A stretch of 64,000 bases of DNA from Phycisphaeraceae bacterium (lineage in GTDB: Bacteria; Planctomycetota; Phycisphaerae; Phycisphaerales; Phycisphaeraceae): contig OY771506.1 in NCBI GenBank assembly GCA_963674705.1, forward strand, positions 4,384,001 through 4,448,000. Direction: 5' to 3'. The notes beneath the pieces were generated by a model. The model was not told where the DNA came from and made no database searches. It saw nothing but the letters and a program-made list of their open reading frames with translations. The number at the start of each line of letters is the position of its first letter. Within the stretch, counting starts at the first letter, position 1. Shown one piece after another: positions 59,397-64,000 of the stretch. A program made the translations under genes and the position numbers.

Positions 59397-60956
59397 TTGG
59401 ACGTTAAACGATTAATCTTCTGTCTTCTCACATCAACCCTGCTTCCCGTCACAGCGACAGCAGATGATTTCTACATTGCTACAAACGGAAATGACACCAA
59501 TCCCGGGACTGTCGCCCATCCATTCGCATCACTCGCACGCGCACAACAGGCAGTATCTCCCGGCGATACAGTATGGATAAGAGGCGGTGTATATGAATTC
59601 AATGCTGGATTTGGGGCAAGTGAGTATGCAGTATTGTTCAATAAAAGCGGAACAGCAGATAATCGCATCAATTACTGGGCCATGCCGGGAGAGCAACCGG
59701 TTTTCGACTTCTACAACTACCTCCCGTATGAACGTATACGCGGCTTCAGCATTCAAGCTGATTATCTGCACTTCAAAGGCCTTGAACTTCGTGGCGTTCA
59801 GCAAGTAATTACCAATGTTAATGAATCGTGGGCAATACGCGTTGAAGGACCAGGTGGTGATTACAACATCTTCGAACAACTTGATCTGCATCACAATGAA
59901 GGACCTGGCTTATTTATCGTGAACGGTGGTAATAATCTAGTACTTAATTGTGACTCTCACGATAACTACGACCCTGACCGCGGGGGGGAAAACGCTGACG
60001 GCTTCGGCAGTCATAGCAACGATGATGGCAATATTTTCAGTGGTAACCGCGCTTGGAATAACAGTGATGACGGATTCGATTTTATTAACTCAGACGGCCG
60101 GGTCATACTCGAATACTCTTGGGCTTGGCACAACGGCTATATCTACGATACTGATACTGCCGCAGGAAATGGCGCAGGCATCAAAGCAGGCGGTTATGGC
60201 TTGAATACAGCAAACTTCCCAAATCCGGAAGACGTACCAAGAAACGTCATTCGCAATAATGTTTCTTTCGATAACCGAGTTCAGGGGTTTTATGCAAACC
60301 ACCACCCCGGGGCGATTGAATGGCTGAATAATACAGCCTTTGATAATCCGCGAGGTTTCGATCTTCTTAATGATGTTGATCCAGTTAACTGGACTGCCGA
60401 GCATTACCTTCGTAATAATATTGCGTTTGATAACGGCACCAATCTGATTAACGATAATCAGTCCCAGATCGATGATGAATTCAATACCTGGAATCTTGGA
60501 TTCAATGTGTCAGTGTCGGATTTCTTAAGCACCGATACAACAGGTGTTGACGGTCCTCGCCATGTTGACGGCAACTTACCTGATCTCGATTTCCTTAAGA
60601 TTACATCCTACAGTGATCTTATTGATGCAGGATCAGATGTGGGGTTACCGTTCTTTGGTGCAGCGCCGGATCTTGGGGCATTCGAAACGGGGGGGCCGCT
60701 GACCGGCGACCTTGATGGAGACGGGTTCGTCGGACTTTCTGACTTGGACATCATACTTGTTAACTGGAACCTTGCTGTACCACCGTCAGATGAACGTGCT
60801 GATCCCTCCAACAATGGATATGTCGGCCTGCAGGATCTTGATATTGTCCTCAACAATTGGAACGCAGGCACACCACCTGCCATGCCTGTTACTATCCCGG
60901 AATCGAACTGCACAATTCTTATATGTGTAACAAGTCTGTTGATTTTTAAGCGCTAG
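59397..60956 (+). CDS. PL9-family polysaccharide lyase (right-handed beta-helix) with dockerin-like repeat and degenerate PEP-CTERM
   Basis: GND.NPGT...PF, ENADGF, NSDDGFD and GNG.GIK (catalytic Lys) motifs. TTG 59397 with AGGAGG. Ends IPES+TM+KR. Confidence 0.85.
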   Translation: MDVKRLIFCLLTSTLLPVTATADDFYIATNGNDTNPGTVAHPFASLARAQQAVSPGDTVWIRGGVYEFNAGFGASEYAVLFNKSGTADNRINYWAMPGEQPVFDFYNYLPYERIRGFSIQADYLHFKGLELRGVQQVITNVNESWAIRVEGPGGDYNIFEQLDLHHNEGPGLFIVNGGNNLVLNCDSHDNYDPDRGGENADGFGSHSNDDGNIFSGNRAWNNSDDGFDFINSDGRVILEYSWAWHNGYIYDTDTAAGNGAGIKAGGYGLNTANFPNPEDVPRNVIRNNVSFDNRVQGFYANHHPGAIEWLNNTAFDNPRGFDLLNDVDPVNWTAEHYLRNNIAFDNGTNLINDNQSQIDDEFNTWNLGFNVSVSDFLSTDTTGVDGPRHVDGNLPDLDFLKITSYSDLIDAGSDVGLPFFGAAPDLGAFETGGPLTGDLDGDGFVGLSDLDIILVNWNLAVPPSDERADPSNNGYVGLQDLDIVLNNWNAGTPPAMPVTIPESNCTILICVTSLLIFKR

Positions 60957-61008
60957 TTATTCTGTTGCTGTATTTGTAATCAGCACGCCTGACATATCTC
61001 TTGATGAG

Positions 61009-62187
61009 CTATTGTTGTCTTACCAACTTACTAAGTAGACTACCATCTCGAACACAATCGGAGATCATCACTTCAATATTACTGATTGCGGTGCCCTCGC
61101 CATCCTGATGCGCGACACCACGCTTTAGTATACTCGGAGACACATCGATAACTGAGGCATTCGACGTGGCGAGTTCGCATGCCAGAACATGCTGGCGTGC
61201 GTTTTCCAATGATGCGGGATGAGTGTGGTTAATCCTGTTACTCAGCATACCTGCCATGGTTGGAGCTATATGTGCACGCGAATCGGTATTCCAAGGTATT
61301 TGCTCGATGCTTTTTCCACGCTCAATCACCATTCTATCAGCATCAATCATAGACAACTGACCTTTCTCGGTATATATCCTGACCGTCGGCGTGACAATAT
61401 GCTGACTCGCATGTGATAGATGAATGTCAATCTCGATATCATCCGTGGTGGTAATCCGCATGCTAACTGTGTCATAGGTCTCGATTTCAGCGGCACGATA
61501 CAAGTATGATTGAACAGACTTTACTGCTGCTGCTGTGATGTAATCCGAACCGAGTAGAAACAGCGCAAGCATAACGAAGTGAGACATCGCATTTGAAGCC
61601 GGACTATCGTTGATGATCTTTTGTCCAAGTGTCATGCGCCCAGCCCAGTCTGTGCGAGTATAGTACTGCCTGGTTCGCGGCCAACACCCATATACCACTG
61701 CCCTTCTTGCTTTCCCAAGACGGCCACTGACCAGTGTTTTCTTGGCTGTTTCGACGACGGGATCGTATAGATGTTGAAATCCAACGATCACCGGCCTGCC
61801 TGTTGCCTTTCGAACATCGATCATTGCATCAACATCATCAATGCATCCTGCCGCTGGTTTTTCACATATCACTGCCTTACCACTAGTCAATGCAGCAATC
61901 GTAAATTCCTTGTGCAGATGGATCGGCAAGGGAAGCCAAACAGCATCTATATCCTCTGCTAACAATCCATCTACATCATGTGCTATTGTCACCCCTATTG
62001 ATTTCAGTTTTTTCATGATCTCGGTACACTTCTCTGGTACCGGATCACATGCAGCAACAAACTGAATCTGTTCGTCATTGTTAAGATGATGACGTGACAA
62101 GTACTCACATACAATCTGTCCGTAACCACGGATACCTATACAGCCGAAACGAATCGCCTTTTTCCTTTCTAATCTTGAGGAAGACAC
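61009..62187 (-). CDS. Gfo/Idh/MocA family NAD(P)-dependent oxidoreductase
   Basis: GIRGYG, P.HLH, CEKPAA, VGFQ and NAMSH motifs. GTG start with AGGAG. Confidence 0.88.
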   Translation of the reverse strand: MSSSRLERKKAIRFGCIGIRGYGQIVCEYLSRHHLNNDEQIQFVAACDPVPEKCTEIMKKLKSIGVTIAHDVDGLLAEDIDAVWLPLPIHLHKEFTIAALTSGKAVICEKPAAGCIDDVDAMIDVRKATGRPVIVGFQHLYDPVVETAKKTLVSGRLGKARRAVVYGCWPRTRQYYTRTDWAGRMTLGQKIINDSPASNAMSHFVMLALFLLGSDYITAAAVKSVQSYLYRAAEIETYDTVSMRITTTDDIEIDIHLSHASQHIVTPTVRIYTEKGQLSMIDADRMVIERGKSIEQIPWNTDSRAHIAPTMAGMLSNRINHTHPASLENARQHVLACELATSNASVIDVSPSILKRGVAHQDGEGTAISNIEVMISDCVRDGSLLSKLVRQQ

Positions 62188-62362
62188 GAGCCTTCTCCTG
62201 GATAGACTGACATACCAATCTGGTTATTATTCGAACACATACATGCTCAAGAATGTATGTTTGAATCTAATTTACCACACTTCTATCGTGAGACCAGAGG
62301 TTTGAAGGCAACCCTCAGATCATATTTTGAAGGTCTACCCCTACCTTCTTGAAAACGGCGGT

Positions 62363-62381
62363 TTGACCCAATTTCTTAAAA
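62363..62381 (+). promoter_or_regulatory. Operator-like motif, copy 2
   Basis: TTGACCCAATTTCTTAAAA in the divergent intergenic region. Confidence 0.6.
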
Positions 62382-62700
62382 CTTTGAAACGATTCTCACA
62401 ACATATAAGTCTTGCAATAGGTATGGGCTGGCGTGATAATTATCTCGGCTTGATGAAGATATTTCTTACCACTTGGCGGTCATTTTATTGAAGGTTTTTA
62501 ACTTTTAGTGAGTAAGTGTGATCGTCTCAGAATCGTGCAATTTGTAACTCATTATTGAATCGCTTTTGTGCCAATTCGTTCCGTAGTTGCTCGTTACCGT
62601 GTTGATCTTTCTCATCTGGAGTGGCCTATGTCTGGCCAGCACACGTCTGTTCGTTGTGTGTCCTTAAACAATCCTGTTCCTGGAGACGGAGAATACCACA

Positions 62701-63483
62701 ATGAAAAGAGTGCTAACTATTTTAAGTGTTTGTAGTACTATGGTCAGTGCAAGTGCGACAACGGCCGCCATTGGCACTCACACCTTGTTGCAGACGGACG
62801 AAAGTATGGGCAATGGTGCGAGTTGGGCCGTAGGTGTCTACAACGATAACAACACACCTGCAGACGCGAATAAAGCCAGTTCTAGTGGTGCCGATATCCG
62901 TGACTTGGGTACCGATGGTATCACCGATACATCTGAAACAACACGTAAACGCATTGTCGTGATGAAGTGGGACCTTGGAGGTATTGTTAGCCCCGGTGAG
63001 ACAATCTCCGCTATTACACTCAGTGGCACAAACATCGGTCAAACTACAGGTGCTTTGATCGACTTCTATGCTGCTATTGATGGCAGCACCGCTGACATCC
63101 AGGGCTTGACCCTGCTCGAAACAAAAGTCACCGCTATGAATTGGGCCGGTTACAACTATACTGGCCCAACCACGCCTGGTGGCTTCGACAGCACCATACC
63201 ACTGGACCTTGCGCAATTTACATTGGTTGGAAGCTCGCCTGGTAACGGTGGCGTGTATGGCATCACGATCAGTGATGGTGATTTATTGAATGCTGCCAAT
63301 GCCGATACGAATGGCACACTTATCATTGCTGGTTTGCCGACCGCGGAGAATAAGGCAATCAGCCTCACACGTGGTAATCCGAACTCAGCAATTAAGCTCG
63401 ACGTAACCGTAGTTCCCGAACCCGCAAGCCTGGCAACATTAGGACTGAGCGGCTTGGCCCTATTGGGTCGCAGCCGTAAATAG
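62701..63483 (+). CDS. PEP-CTERM sorting domain-containing protein
   Basis: Signal peptide, Thr/Gly-rich beta-type body and VPEPASLATLGLSGLALLGRSRK. Confidence 0.9.
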   Translation: MKRVLTILSVCSTMVSASATTAAIGTHTLLQTDESMGNGASWAVGVYNDNNTPADANKASSSGADIRDLGTDGITDTSETTRKRIVVMKWDLGGIVSPGETISAITLSGTNIGQTTGALIDFYAAIDGSTADIQGLTLLETKVTAMNWAGYNYTGPTTPGGFDSTIPLDLAQFTLVGSSPGNGGVYGITISDGDLLNAANADTNGTLIIAGLPTAENKAISLTRGNPNSAIKLDVTVVPEPASLATLGLSGLALLGRSRK

Positions 63484-63493
63484 TTTATTTTTG

Positions 63494-63521
63494 GGTGTGT
63501 GGTTCGACAGAACTATACACC
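63494..63521 (+). other. Stem-loop between the PEP-CTERM gene and the prepilin-type gene
   Basis: GGTGTGTGGTTC-GACA-GAACTATACACC: 12-bp stem with two G-U pairs. Confidence 0.6.
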
Positions 63522-63598
63522 TATTGCGTTACATCAGACACTCGCCAAGGATGGTGAACGACTGGTATGGATCAGGCGAATGATAGGAAGCCTTGAAG

Positions 63599-64000
63599 AT
63601 GTCATATAAAACCACGACTAAAAGTTACCAGGCATTTACACTTATCGAATTACTGGTTGTCATCTCGATAATCGCACTGCTGGTCGGAATCCTGCTACCG
63701 GCCTTGGGGGCAGCACGGGAAACTGCTAAACGAAGTGTCTGTGCCAGCAACACACGTCAGAACGCGGTCGGCGCATTATCCTATGCTACTGATAACAACG
63801 ATTGGTTGGCTGATCCTGGGGGCCTGTATAGCCCTGCTGATGGCGCGTACCGGATCACGAACTACAACGACTTCTACAAAGTTGGAGATATAGATAAACC
63901 CAACGGGCTTGGGATACTCTACAAGCAAGGGTATCTGTCCGACTATAGAATATTCTATTGCCCAACACAGGATGACGGCGTATTTACCTGGGAATACTAC
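63599..64000 (+). CDS. Prepilin-type N-terminal cleavage/methylation protein (partial, runs off the window)
   Basis: Read manually, absent from the ORF track: [54 protein letters not shown]. Confidence 0.9.
   Translation, partial: MSYKTTTKSYQAFTLIELLVVISIIALLVGILLPALGAARETAKRSVCASNTRQNAVGALSYATDNNDWLADPGGLYSPADGAYRITNYNDFYKVGDIDKPNGLGILYKQGYLSDYRIFYCPTQDDGVFTWEYY

Noticed and set aside
62237..62340. ACATACAT/ATGTATGT palindrome and TTTGAAGG direct repeat upstream of the oxidoreductase
   Set aside because: Short elements with no convincing second occurrence at another promoter in the window; too weak to call.

Overview
Gene-dense 64 kb window, most likely from a planctomycete (Phycisphaerae-like). 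This is inferred from PEP-CTERM proteins carrying GDLxGDGFVGLDDLDIVL dockerin-like repeats and [16 protein letters not shown] prepilin-type genes. The left part (1-17.3 kb) holds a GH43 arabinanase, a phosphofructokinase, a putative trans-envelope signalling module (REC-GGDEF-EAL, TonB-dependent receptor, YfiR-like protein, two paralogous histidine kinases) and an araBDA operon with a Zn-dehydrogenase. The middle part (17.4-53.5 kb) is a very large sialic/nonulosonic acid utilisation locus. It contains seven GH33 sialidases (three tandem paralogues ending in dockerin-like repeat plus PEP-CTERM), NanA, a NanM-like Kelch/sodium symporter fusion, an N-acylglucosamine 2-epimerase, a tri-domain O-acetylesterase, a sulfatase, an accessory aldolase/dehydratase/dehydrogenase/URO-D-like operon, a GntR/LacI-type regulator flanked by duplicated LamG PEP-CTERM genes, and a prepilin-type gene. 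The right part (53.6-64 kb) is more AT-rich and holds a second glycan locus: GH-A-like protein, unknown helical protein, XylR-type regulator, PL9 lyase, oxidoreductase and a second PEP-CTERM plus prepilin pair. Non-coding signals include two decamer-built inverted-repeat elements, hairpins after each non-catalytic PEP-CTERM gene, a structured RNA candidate and a duplicated 19-bp operator-like motif. No rRNA, tRNA, CRISPR array or transposase was seen. All calls come from motif reading only; no database searches were run.
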